The position numbers and the translations under genes were made by a program. The notes below the pieces were generated by a model. The model made no database searches, had not been told where the DNA came from, and saw only the letters and a list, made by a program, of their open reading frames with translations. DNA of 64,000 nucleotides from an uncultured delta proteobacterium. GTDB taxonomy: Bacteria; Desulfobacterota; Desulfobacteria; Desulfobacterales; Desulfatirhabdiaceae. Below, in pieces: positions 24,196-37,261 of the stretch. Numbering within the stretch: position 1 is the stretch's first letter; the number at the start of each line of letters is the position of its first letter. The stretch spans positions 109,721 to 173,720 of the forward strand of contig CAWBKP010000010.1 of NCBI GenBank assembly GCA_963789395.1, read 5' to 3'.

Positions 24196-24966
24196 ATGAT
24201 TCATCTGGAACCGTTGATTATCTTGCTGCTCTGCCTGATGTCATTTATCGCCGGATTCATCGACAGCATCGCCGGAGGCGGGGGGCTCATTTTGCTGCCC
24301 TCACTTTTGATTGCCGGAATTCCTCCTCAGGCAGCTCTTGGGACCAATAAATTCGCGGCAATTTTCGGAACCTCCGCCGCTTTGGCAAATTTCATAAAAA
24401 ACAAAAAAGTGATATGGAGAATTGCGGTTTTTGGCCTGGGCTTTTCACTTCTGGGTTCGGTGATCGGAACAAAGGCCATATTGCTTTTTGACCCGCAGAC
24501 AACGGCAAAAATCATCATCATGCTGCTTCCGGTTACGGCCATCGTGACGTTTCTTCCCAAAAGGCAATTGAAAACCTCCTCATCAGAATTCTCCAGCAGG
24601 GAATTATATGCCTACATCCCGCTGCTCTGTCTGGTCATCGGCTTCTATGACGGATTCTACGGACCGGGAACCGGAACTTTTCTCATTTTCGGCTTTTATA
24701 TCTTCCTTGGCATGCACCTGATAAACGCATCCGCCATATCCAAGGTTTTCAATCTGGCATCCAATATCGGCTCATTCTTCACTTTTTTGATGGCCGGCAA
24801 GGTTCTCTACGGCATCGGGATCCCGATTGCGGCAGCCAATGTCATCGGCGGATATCTGGGGAGCGTCGTTGCAATCAGGCAAGGACAAAAACTCATAAAG
24901 GGTTTTGTCCTTGCCGTGTTCATGATTCTTCTGGTAACACTGATATTCAGAATGTGGAAAGGATAA
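24196..24966 (+). CDS. TSUP (TauE/SafE) family transporter
   Basis: AGFIDSIAGGGGLI, ALGTNK, GFYDGFYGPGTG. Confidence 0.92.
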   Translation: MIHLEPLIILLLCLMSFIAGFIDSIAGGGGLILLPSLLIAGIPPQAALGTNKFAAIFGTSAALANFIKNKKVIWRIAVFGLGFSLLGSVIGTKAILLFDPQTTAKIIIMLLPVTAIVTFLPKRQLKTSSSEFSSRELYAYIPLLCLVIGFYDGFYGPGTGTFLIFGFYIFLGMHLINASAISKVFNLASNIGSFFTFLMAGKVLYGIGIPIAAANVIGGYLGSVVAIRQGQKLIKGFVLAVFMILLVTLIFRMWKG

Positions 24967-25067
24967 CAGGACTTCAGCGGTTGCCAAATTAATGGAAATA
25001 TGGTAAAAAGAATAAATCACCTGTTTGAACCCGCACAAACATAACACCTTCTTCTTTTTGAGACAGG

Positions 25068-26198
25068 ATGCCATTGCCGATGAATACAGAATCTTTTAAA
25101 CACAAGTTTGAACCCTGCTGCCTGGCGACCACCATCGGCAGCCTGCCCCATACGGATGCGGCCCGGGCCACCCGGCTGATGCTTCAGAGCACGCCGGAAA
25201 TTCCTTCCTGGGTTCAGTTTCCCAAACGCACGTTTCATGAAAACATGATGATGCAGTTTACCGAAGGGCTGCCGGCGCTTGTTCAGGACGGGGATCGCAT
25301 CTCATTTTCCACCCCGGCCGAAAATTTTGCCGAACAACTGACCGATTTTTACGAACGCTATCTGGCCGCAACCGAAGAAGGAAATCTTGAAGCCCTCGAC
25401 AGTTTCGGCCTTTCTTCGCATTACGCCATCGGCTTTTCCGAATTCATGGCCCGGCTTGCGGAGCCGTCGGTGTCGGGCGCCGCCGTCATGCTGAAAGGCC
25501 AGGTCACGGGCCCGTTTACCCTGGGAACGAATCTTGTGGATCAAAACGGGCGCTGCGCCTATTACGATGAACAGCTTCGCGATGTCATCGTCAAGACCGT
25601 TGCGATGAAAGCCATGTGGCAGATGAAACGCTTGGGTGCGTTCGGCCTGCCCGTGATGATTTTTATCGATGAGCCGTCTCTGCTCGGGTTTGGAAAAATG
25701 ACGTTTCTTTCCGTCAGTCGCGAAGATGTCATCGGCGACATCAACGAGGTGGCCGCTGTCGTCCACGCAAAAGGCGGGCTTGCCGGCGTTCACTGTGAAG
25801 AGAACACCGACTGGTCCCTTCTGATGGAGACCGATCTGGACATTCTCGACTTCGACGCCTACGATCACCTACAAGGCATCACCCTCTATCCTGCGGAGCT
25901 GACCCGATTTTTTGCGCGCGGCGGATGTCTGGGCTGGGGCATTGTTCCCACGCTGGATAAAAACGCCGCTGCAACCGAAACGGTCGAATCCCTTCTGGCC
26001 CGCTTTGAAGAGGGAATAGAGCAATTTGTTGCCAGGGGCTTTGACAGGGAGCTCTTGATACGGCGGGCGCTGATTACCCCAAGCTGCGGCGCAGGCGGTG
26101 TGCTGACCGAGCCGCTGGCGGAACGCGTGCTTGATCTGCTGCGCAATCTGTCCAAGACGCTCCGCATCCGATATGGATTTTTGCAGCAGGATAAATGA
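25068..26198 (+). CDS. Core (MesB-like) folate-independent methionine synthase / MetE C-terminal barrel
   Basis: TIGSLPH, P.W.QFPKR..ENM..QF.EG.P, KGQVTGPFT, IDEP, HC.ENTDW, WGIVPT, ITPSCG. Confidence 0.7.
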   Translation: MPLPMNTESFKHKFEPCCLATTIGSLPHTDAARATRLMLQSTPEIPSWVQFPKRTFHENMMMQFTEGLPALVQDGDRISFSTPAENFAEQLTDFYERYLAATEEGNLEALDSFGLSSHYAIGFSEFMARLAEPSVSGAAVMLKGQVTGPFTLGTNLVDQNGRCAYYDEQLRDVIVKTVAMKAMWQMKRLGAFGLPVMIFIDEPSLLGFGKMTFLSVSREDVIGDINEVAAVVHAKGGLAGVHCEENTDWSLLMETDLDILDFDAYDHLQGITLYPAELTRFFARGGCLGWGIVPTLDKNAAATETVESLLARFEEGIEQFVARGFDRELLIRRALITPSCGAGGVLTEPLAERVLDLLRNLSKTLRIRYGFLQQDK

Positions 26199-28397
26199 TT
26201 CAGCAGGCTAAAGTAATTCTCAAAAACACCTTCGGATATGAAGATTTCCGGCCGCTTCAGCAGGAGATCATCGAGAATATTCTCGGGCGAAAAGACACCC
26301 TGGTCATCATGCCGACCGGTGGCGGAAAATCCCTGTGTTACCAGATTCCGGCGATGATGTTCGAAGACCTGACGGTGGTGGTCTCACCACTGATATCCTT
26401 GATGAAAGACCAGGTGGAACAACTGACGGCCCTTGGCGTCGGCGCCGTAGTCTTAAACAGCGCGCTTTCCTTTGAAGAATACGGGCAAAACATTTCCCGC
26501 ATTCTGAGAAACGACGTCAGGCTTCTCTATCTTGCCCCGGAAACCCTCCTGATGCCAAAAACCCTTGCCATGCTGTCCTCAAGGCGGGTGGACTGCATCG
26601 CCATCGATGAGGCACACTGCATATCCGAATGGGGACATGATTTCCGGCCGGAGTACCGTCAGATACTTGCGGTACGAAGCCAGTTCCCCAGGGCCGTCTG
26701 CATGGCACTGACCGCAACCGCAACCCCGAGGGTCCAGAAAGACATTCAGCATTGCCTGAATTTTGAGGCCGGCAATGCATTTATCGCAAGCTTCAACCGA
26801 AAGAATCTTTTTTTGCAGATCACACAAAAGACAAATCCGGTCCAGCAAACCATTGAATTTATCAAAAAGTTTCCGAATCAGCCGGGAATCATCTACTGCC
26901 TGGCCCGCAAGCAGGTGGATGATCTGACAAAAACATTGACCAAAGCAGGCTTTTCCGTAAAACCCTACCATGCCGGGCTGCCGGACAACGAACGCCGGCA
27001 GAACCAGGAAAGCTTTATCCGGGATGATGTGCAGATCATGACGGCAACCATCGCCTTTGGCATGGGTATCAACAAGCCCAATATCCGTTTTGTTCTGCAC
27101 TACGACCTGCCCCAGAATATTGAAAGTTATTACCAGCAGATCGGACGGGCCGGCAGGGACGGCCTGCGGGCTCATTGCCTGTTATTGTTCGGTTACGGCG
27201 ATATCCATAAAATCAAATTCTTCATCAACCAGAAAGCGGATACGGAAAAACGTACCGCCATGTGTTCACTTGAACGCCCTGATCGGACTGGCTGAAACCC
27301 GGAGCTGCCGGCGCATTCCCCTGCTGAGCTATTTTGGAGAAAAATACGCCAATGCCGAATGCGGCATGTGCGACAACTGCACATCCGGAGAACAACTGCT
27401 GAGCGATCTTTCGATTCCCGCCCAGAAATTTCTGTCCTGCGTGAAACGCTGCGGGGAAATGTTTGGCGCAGACCACATCATCGATGTGCTGAGAGGCGGC
27501 AAAACGCAAAAAGTCGTAAAATTCAGCCACCAGAATCTGTCCACTTATGGCATCGGAAAGGCGTATTCCAAACAGGAATGGTTCTATCTCAGCCGGCAAC
27601 TGCTTCAGGAAGAAGTGTTAATTCAGGACATGGAGCATGGCGCACTGAAGCTGACGCCCAAGGCCTGGGAAGTATTGCGGGGAAAAGAGCTGTTTTTGGG
27701 AAAAATGGATGCCAGGCCGGAGGCCCCTGCCCCGATCAAAAACAGCGAAACCGACTGCGATCAGCCCCTGTTTGCGCTGCTTCGTGAAAAACGCAAGGAA
27801 CTGGCCGATATCACCAATGTTCCGCCCTACGTGATCTTTCCGGATAAGACCCTCATCGAGATGGCGATATATTTTCCGCAATCTCCGGAGAATCTGCGGC
27901 AGCTCCATGGCGTGGGTGCCATAAAAGCTGAAAGATACGGCCAATATTTTCTTGAGATCATCTCTGGGTACTGCAAGGCTTCTCATATTGCGGAAAAACC
28001 AAAGCTCATGGTGACCCCTGATGCCGTCACCCTTGAAAAGACATCAAAACGAAGATACGCCATTGTCGGCGAGGCTTACAACGCGGGAAAGACCGTCACG
28101 GAACTGGCCGCGGATTATAACGTCAAGCTGACAACCATCATCAATCATCTTTACAACTACGTTTCAGAAGGCTGCTTTCTTCGGTCCGACAATGCGCTTC
28201 TGGCCCTTTCAGCACTGCCTTCAGACCAGCGGACCGCTGTTCTGGAAACATACGACAGGCTGGGAACGGAACAATTAAAGCCTGTTTTCGATGCCTTAAA
28301 TGGAAAAGTGTGTTATGATGAGCTTTATTTGCTTCGGCTGTACCATCTTGTAAGGGGCCGGGGGCCGGAACCCGATGTATCGCAAACAGACACGTAG
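26195..28397 (+). CDS. recQ: ATP-dependent DNA helicase RecQ (indel near 27265)
   Basis: PTGGGKS, DEAHCISEWGHDFRP, TIAFGMG, GRAGRDG, Zn/RQC CxxCDNC, HRDC domain. Confidence 0.95.
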
Positions 28398-28490
28398 AAT
28401 CATGACACGAACAAAAAAGCTGGAATCAGCCATGGTTTCCAGCGGGTCGTCAGGCCAGCTTTCGACTTTTGTAACGGTTGTTAAAACAAT

Positions 28491-29040
28491 ATGAGCGCAT
28501 TCAGCCCGGAACAGATCATAATCGTCAATCAGGCGGCGGCCATGGCCGAAGAGCTGGTCAGCAACCACTACAAAATGTCCCTGAGCGAGTGGAAGCGGCC
28601 CCGCTATGATATTAAAACCCTGGCTGACCTGGGTCCTGATGAAATCGTCGACGGACCGCTTGCCCAGATCATCCGCTACGAGGGCAAACCCAAACACGCA
28701 TCCCTGAACTCTTCGGCCTACGATTTCTACAAAATTTGTTTTCAGGATCATGCCATCGTGAAACTTCTTGCCCAGAACCCCTCCATTATGTTATTTTCTC
28801 TTGTTTTATATATTGCCACGCATGAATTGATTCATATCGTCCGGTTCAGTAAATTTCTGCAAAATTTTCACGCATCGCCGGATGAAAAACAAGCGGAAGA
28901 AAAACGGGTTCACGAAATAACACATGAAATCCTGAGCGATATCAAATTATGCGGAATGTCGGAAGTATTTGATTTTTCTAAGACTTGGCGATTTCCGCTC
29001 GATAGTTTGACAGACTCGCTCGAAAAATATTTCCGGCTGA
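28491..29040 (+). CDS. Conserved hypothetical protein with HExxH motif (3' end uncertain)
   Basis: THELIH motif. The computed ORF runs on into the next promoter and gene, so the real stop is probably hidden by an indel. Confidence 0.6.
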
Positions 29041-29043
29041 TTC

Positions 29044-29071
29044 TTGACAAGAACAATTCTTACATTATGTT
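29044..29071 (+). promoter_or_regulatory. Putative sigma70 promoter for the FmdB-like gene and groESL
   Basis: TTGACA-N16-TATGTT. Confidence 0.4.
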
Positions 29072-29140
29072 TAGTTCGATTCGGGCACAGAGATTTTATC
29101 AGTTAATTTGCTCCCAAAATCATTTCAGGAGGATTGCAAC

Positions 29141-29428
29141 ATGCCGATTTATGAATATGAATGCGCCCAATGCGGCGCAGTGGAAGAAGCCATTCAGAAT
29201 TTTTCCGACAAACCGCTTACTGTATGTAAAAACTGTTCCGGTCATCTTCATAAACTGATTTCCCAGAGCAGCTTTCACCTGAAAGGAACGGGATGGTATG
29301 TAACGGACTATGCCGGAAAAAATCACAATGCCACATCCGCACCCAAAAAATCCGAGGATAATTCCGCATCGCCGTCTGCAGAAACTGCCGCAGCAAGCTC
29401 AAAAACATCCGATAGCTCCGATTCATAA
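29141..29428 (+). CDS. FmdB-family zinc-ribbon protein
   Basis: MPIYEYECAQCG...CKNCSG...F.LKG.GWY.TDY; AGGAGG RBS. Confidence 0.9.
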   Translation: MPIYEYECAQCGAVEEAIQNFSDKPLTVCKNCSGHLHKLISQSSFHLKGTGWYVTDYAGKNHNATSAPKKSEDNSASPSAETAAASSKTSDSSDS

Positions 29429-29574
29429 CACGTGCAATACCCTTATATTTCGAAATTTATCATGAAGGGAGGTGGCAATATCCTGCTGATACGCTTTTGA
29501 AATATTTGATATATTGTTTTCAGTTTTTTCAATGAAATTTTTTATACCAATGGAAATTAAAGGAGAATTAAACC

Positions 29575-29862
29575 ATGAAGCTCAGACCCTTACAGGATCG
29601 CATTGTTGTTAAACGCGTTGCAGAAGAAACCACAACCAAAGGCGGCATTATCATTCCGGATACCGCCAAGGAAAAACCCGCGGAAGGTAAAGTTGTTGCG
29701 GTTGGAAACGGCAAAGTTGCCGATGACGGCAAACGGATTGCCCTGGAGATCAAAACCGGAGACCGCATTCTTTTCGGCAAGTATTCCGGAACGGAAGTCA
29801 AGATTGAAGGCGAAGAATTCCTGATCATGCGGGAAGATGACGTCCTTGGCGTAATTGAATAA
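29575..29862 (+). CDS. groES: Co-chaperonin GroES
   Basis: [27 protein letters not shown]. Confidence 0.98.
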   Translation: MKLRPLQDRIVVKRVAEETTTKGGIIIPDTAKEKPAEGKVVAVGNGKVADDGKRIALEIKTGDRILFGKYSGTEVKIEGEEFLIMREDDVLGVIE

Positions 29863-29896
29863 TAACAGATTGATGTTTACAGATATGGAGGAATGA

Positions 29897-31558
<1,662 letters not shown>

Positions 31559-31587
31559 TCCGCAGCTCAATGTAGTTCTTTTCTCAT

Positions 31588-31626
31588 AAAATGCCTCCAT
31601 GGATCGTTCATGGAGGCATTTTTTTT
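31588..31626 (+). terminator. Intrinsic terminator of groEL
   Basis: aaaatgcctccatg-gatcgtt-catggaggcatttt followed by a T run. Confidence 0.85.
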
Positions 31627-31805
31627 CAATTTCATTCTTGACATTGATTGCCATTAAAAATACATATCGAATTTATGTCTTGAATGTACTTGAATATCGA
31701 ACAAAGAATGCCGGGTGAAGTTTCCATCGGCATTCTTTGTTCGATATTTTTTGTGTCTCGGTGTTATTTCTGATTTTCGATTGGATATTTTCGGGTTATT
31801 TTCGA

Positions 31806-32500
31806 ATGGATATACTTTTAGAGGGCATTGTCATCATTTCCGGGAATTACGGCAGCGGAAAAACAGAAGTTGCCATTAACCTTGCGGTGCATCGAAAAAG
31901 TCAGGGAATGGATGTTCGCGTGGCGGACCTGGATATCGTCAATCCCTATTTCCGAACCCGGGAAGCCCGAAGCCAACTGGCTGAACTCGGGATCGAGGTG
32001 GTTCTGCCTCCGGAACAGTATATGCAGGCGGATCTGCCCATTATAAGCCGTTCCGTCAGCGGTCTGATCCGGCACCCTTCGGCGCTGACGATACTGGATG
32101 TCGGCGGAAACAATGTCGGTGCGATGGTTCTGGCTTCCCTTGCGGATGCATTCCAGGATGCTCCCTACCAGATGCTTCAGGTGGTCAACCCGTTTCGGCC
32201 CCTTACCCAGACCCTTGAAGGGGCTGCTGAAGATGAAAGCGGAAATTGAAAAAGCATCCAAAATGACCGTCAGCGGCTGGATCGGAAATGCCAACCTTAT
32301 CGATGAAAGCACCCCGGAATCCATTCTTACCGGATATGCATTCATGCGGAAGCTCTCCGAAGCCACCGGGCTGCCGCTGGCGTTCATTACGGCTCCGGCC
32401 GGTTTACTGTCCGATTTGAAGACTGAAGCCGTTTTCATGCCCCATACTGCCCATCAAACGGCAACTGGTTCCGCCCTGGAAGCAGGCTGTCCGGCTGACG
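31806..32500 (+). CDS. P-loop ATP-binding protein (MinD/CobQ-like nucleotide-binding domain), split by indels; 3' end approximate
   Basis: GNYGSGKTE, DLDIVNPYFRTRE, DVGG; upstream of the oxoacid oxidoreductase operon. Confidence 0.75.
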
Positions 32501-32559
32501 GAACAAAAACAGGTCTGACCTGGTTGTTACGAATCATATACAAAGAGGAATCATTGGCG

Positions 32560-32772
32560 ATGGCCTACCAACATCAAATTGACGTGGATCGGTGTAAGGG
32601 ATGCGGTTTATGTGTGGCCGTATGCCCCAAGAATGTACTCGAGATAGCCGGCGAAGTAAATGCCAAAGGCTATTTTCCAGCCTATCAGGCCAGACCTGAA
32701 GACTGCATCTATTGTTCAACCTGCTGCATCATGTGTCCGGACGTGGCCATGTCCATAACGGAAACGCCTTAA
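32560..32772 (+). CDS. 2x[4Fe-4S] ferredoxin (delta subunit of 2-oxoacid oxidoreductase)
   Basis: CKGCGLCVAVCP and CIYCSTCCIMCP. Confidence 0.92.
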   Translation: MAYQHQIDVDRCKGCGLCVAVCPKNVLEIAGEVNAKGYFPAYQARPEDCIYCSTCCIMCPDVAMSITETP

Positions 32773-32805
32773 CCCTGCAGCCATAGGGATATTACGGAGG
32801 AATCC

Positions 32806-33896
32806 ATGAGCAAAGTTCTCATGAAAGGAAATGAAGCGATCGGGGAAGCCGCCATACGGGCAGGTTGCCTCAATTATTTTGCCTATCCCATCACCCCCCA
32901 GTCCGAGGTGGCCGAATATCTGGCCCGCCGGATGCCGGAGGTCGGCGGCGTTTTTTTGCAGGGTGAAAGCGAGGTGGCTGTCGGTTATATGATTTTTGGC
33001 GCCTCTGCCTGCGGCGCCCGGGTGATGACGACATCATCCAGTCCCGGCGTCAGCCTGATGAGCGAGGCCATCAGTTATATCGCCAGCGCCCAGTGCCCGG
33101 CGGTCTTTGTCAACATCATGCGCGGCGGTCCGGGTCTTGGCGGAATTCTGCCTTCCCAGGGCGATTATTTTCAGGCCACCAAAGGCGGCGGACACGGGGA
33201 TTACCGGCTTCTGGTCCTTGCCCCTGCCAGCGTTCAGGAAGCCGTCGAGATGGTGATGATGGCTTTTCCCCTGGCTGAAAAATACCGCAACCCGGTCATG
33301 ATCATGGGCGACGGACTGATCGGCCAGATGATGGAGCCCGTAACATTTCCGGATCATCTCAAGACCCAGCAGTTGAACACGGACAGCTGGGCATCAAGTG
33401 GCATGGACACCCGAAAGAGCAGCACGCGGAATCTTGTCAAAACCCTGTATCTGGACCCGGTACAGCTTAACGCCCACAATCTGCTGCTGAAAGCCAAATA
33501 TGACCGGATGAAAATCGAGGAAATCCGCTTTGAACCCTATAATATCGAATCGGATTACCAGGTGCTGATCGTCAGCTATGGCACGATGAGCCGGGTGTGC
33601 CGAACCGCCATCGACAATTTAAAGGCCGGCGGTCTTGAAGTGGCCATGATCCGGCCGCAAACCCTTTTTCCCTTTCCGGAAATGGCCATTCGCGAAGCCG
33701 CCGCCAAGAAAAGCTGCAAGACGGTCATCAGCATCGAAATGAGCATGGGGCAGATGGTCGAAGATGTGGAGCGAAGCGTTCAGGGCAGAAAACCGGTTGA
33801 ATGGTATGGAAAATGCGGGGGAGAAGTCCCCACGCCCGAGGAAATCATGGAAGTGGTTCAATCTTATGTTTCGCCGCAACGAAAGGAGCAGAACTG

Positions 33897-33897
<1 letters not shown>
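32806..33897 (+). CDS. vorB: 2-oxoacid:ferredoxin oxidoreductase alpha subunit (VorB-like)
   Basis: MKGNEAIGEAA, YPITPQSE, TSSSPG, R.GPGLGGI.PSQGDY. Confidence 0.85.
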
Positions 33898-34650
<753 letters not shown>

Positions 34651-34661
<11 letters not shown>

Positions 34662-35196
34662 AGTCATGTTTGCCGGTTTTGGCGGCCAGGGCATTTTGTT
34701 AAGCGCCAAGATTTTAGCTCATGCCGCCATGGAACAAGGATTTGAAGTGGTCTGGATCCCTTCCTACGGCCCTGAAATGCGGGGGGGAACCGCCTATTGC
34801 ATGGTCGTCATCAGCGACCGGCCCATCGGCTCTCCCATCATCCGCAATCCCATGCACCTGGTGGCCATGAACCGGCCCTCACTGGAAAAATTTGCTCCCC
34901 TGGTAAAACCGGGGGGCGTCATCTTGATCAACAGCTCCCTGATAACCGTTGGCTGCGGCAGAACCGACGTGGACGAGTTCATCGTTCCGGTCAATGACAT
35001 CGCTATCGGCCTCGGGAGCATCCGATCCGCCAATATTGTGGCCCTGTCCGCTTTTGCCGCCCGCAGTAAAATGGTGGACAATGACATCCTGCGTGAATGC
35101 GTCAAGGAGGAGTTTTCCAGCAAAGCCAAACTCATTCCCCTGAACATGAAGGCGGTTGATGAAGGACAGAAGGCTGCAAAAATATCGGGCCCATGA
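34651..35196 (+). CDS. 2-oxoacid:ferredoxin oxidoreductase gamma subunit
   Basis: AGFGGQG, SYGPEMRGG. Confidence 0.92.
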
Positions 35197-36281
35197 TGTT
35201 CGTCAAGATTCCGGAATACATTCAGTCTATCGAGCCCTATAAGCCCGGAAAGCCCATTGACGAGCTGGCAAGGGAATACGGCATTCAGCACGCCATTAAG
35301 CTGGCTTCAAATGAAAACCCTCTGGGCCCTTCCCCCAAAGCGGTTGAGGCGATCACCCTTGCCCTGTCCAACCTTCACCGGTATCCGGACGGCAGGGGGT
35401 ATGACCTGACGGTCAAGCTGTCCGGACTGCTGGGGTTTTCCCCGGATCATTTTGTTCTGGGCAACGGCTCGGACGATCTGATCGCTATGCTGACCCGCGC
35501 CCTGCTCCAACCCGGCGATGAAGCCATCATCCCCGCGCCGTCGTTTTTAATGTATGACATCGATGTACGAAGTGCCGGCGCCATTCCCGTTCATGTCCCC
35601 CTGAGGTCTCTTGCGATCTGCGCCACAGATCTTCTGGAAAAGGTGACTTCCCGGACCCGGATGGTTTTTATCTGCAATCCCAACAACCCGACCGGCACGG
35701 TAATGTCCCGCAATGACTTCAAAAGATTTTTAAAGGCGATTCCACCGGGTATTGTTGTGGTTGTGGATGAAGCCTACATGGAGTTTGTAAGAGATCCGGA
35801 ATGCGTCAACAGCATGGAATTCATTCAGGGAGACCGGCCGGTTGTAGCCTTGAGAACTTTTTCCAAAGCGTACGGCCTGGCGGGACTCAGAATCGGATAT
35901 GGCGTCATGGCGCCCGAACTTGCCGGAATTCTCCACCGGATCCGTCAACCCTTCAATGCCAGCCTGCTGGCTCAGGCAGGCGCAGCCGCCGCCCTGGGAG
36001 ATGTGTCGTTTTTGAAAAAAACCGTTCAAACCGTACATGAAGGCCTCGATTATCTGTATGCTGAGCTGGACAGGATCGGCATCCGGTATTTTCCCACTCA
36101 GTCCAATTTTTTGCTGATCGATGCCGGTCAGAACGCTGACCGGGTCTTTGAAAACATGCTGAAGAAAGGCGTGATTGTCCGCTCCATGTCTTCCTACGGC
36201 TATCCGGAATATATCCGGATTAATACCGGCCTTCCTGAAGAAAACAGGCGGCTGGTTCAGGCATTGGAGCAGGTGCTGTAA
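35193..36281 (+). CDS. hisC: Histidinol-phosphate aminotransferase
   Basis: KLASNENPLG, NPNNPTG, DEAY, RTFSKAYGLAGLRIG. Confidence 0.95.
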   Translation: MMFVKIPEYIQSIEPYKPGKPIDELAREYGIQHAIKLASNENPLGPSPKAVEAITLALSNLHRYPDGRGYDLTVKLSGLLGFSPDHFVLGNGSDDLIAMLTRALLQPGDEAIIPAPSFLMYDIDVRSAGAIPVHVPLRSLAICATDLLEKVTSRTRMVFICNPNNPTGTVMSRNDFKRFLKAIPPGIVVVVDEAYMEFVRDPECVNSMEFIQGDRPVVALRTFSKAYGLAGLRIGYGVMAPELAGILHRIRQPFNASLLAQAGAAAALGDVSFLKKTVQTVHEGLDYLYAELDRIGIRYFPTQSNFLLIDAGQNADRVFENMLKKGVIVRSMSSYGYPEYIRINTGLPEENRRLVQALEQVL

Positions 36282-37040
36282 TTGGACGCAGCTTTTATTG
36301 ATGACGCTTTTCCCGTGACAGATCCCCTGCTGATTACCATTGACGGGCCTGCGGGTGCCGGGAAAACAACTGTCAGCCGGCTTCTTGCCGAACAGCTTCA
36401 ATACCGGTATCTGGATACCGGCGCGCTGTATCGCTCGGTTGCTTACGGCATCCTAAAAAATGCCGTCGATTATGAAAATGAAGCCGCCTTGAGAGCGCAC
36501 CTGAAGGAATTCAAACTTACCCCGCGTGCGGAAAACAACGGTTTTCGCCTGCTCTGGAATGATATGGATATTACAGAGCAAATTAGAACTCCTGAAATCT
36601 CCATGCTGGCCTCCATCGTTTCCGCAAAGCCTGCCGTGCGAAGCTTTCTTCTGGATATGCAGCGGGAAATGGGAAAAGACAAAGCCCTGGTGTGCGAAGG
36701 CCGCGACATGGGAACGGTAATATTTCCGGAAGCGGATATCAAATTTTTCCTGGATGCCGCTCCGGATGTAAGAGCCTATCGGCGCTACAAGGAAATGCCG
36801 CCCAAGACATCCGTCACTCTGAATGACATTGCCAGAGATATGCTTCAAAGGGATCAGAATGACACCCGGCGGGCGATTGCCCCGCTCAGGCCTGCGGACG
36901 ACGCCATCCGAATTGACTGCACTGAAATCGATCCGTCAGCTGTGGTCAGGCAGATGATAGCCTGTATTGCCGGAATGCTTGAAGCAAAGTGCCGGAAGCA
37001 AGAAAGTAATGAATCTTTCTTCAATGGTACACCGGAATAA
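36282..37040 (+). CDS. cmk: Cytidylate kinase (start may be GTG at 36315)
   Basis: IDGPAGAGKTT, LDTGALYR, EGRDMGT, RD..D..R. Confidence 0.95.
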   Translation: MDAAFIDDAFPVTDPLLITIDGPAGAGKTTVSRLLAEQLQYRYLDTGALYRSVAYGILKNAVDYENEAALRAHLKEFKLTPRAENNGFRLLWNDMDITEQIRTPEISMLASIVSAKPAVRSFLLDMQREMGKDKALVCEGRDMGTVIFPEADIKFFLDAAPDVRAYRRYKEMPPKTSVTLNDIARDMLQRDQNDTRRAIAPLRPADDAIRIDCTEIDPSAVVRQMIACIAGMLEAKCRKQESNESFFNGTPE

Positions 37041-37261
37041 CGACGCATTCCTGAAACCCCTGACGACAGCGACAGATAAAGATAGTCTCCCGCAATAACA
37101 CGTGCGATACCGGTCAGGCTCAATCCCCTTTCTTACAGACCTGCTCAGGAAAATTTATTTATTGTTTTATTAAAGATTGTCTGATATATAAGTTTGGATA
37201 TACTGGCAACAGTATATGGTTTTAGCAGGTAAAATAAGGCTAAGGGGGATAGTATACTTTC

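Noticed and set aside
29430..29575. CIRCE element upstream of groES
   Set aside because: No TTAGCACTC-N9-GAGTGCTAA found here or upstream of the FmdB-like gene.
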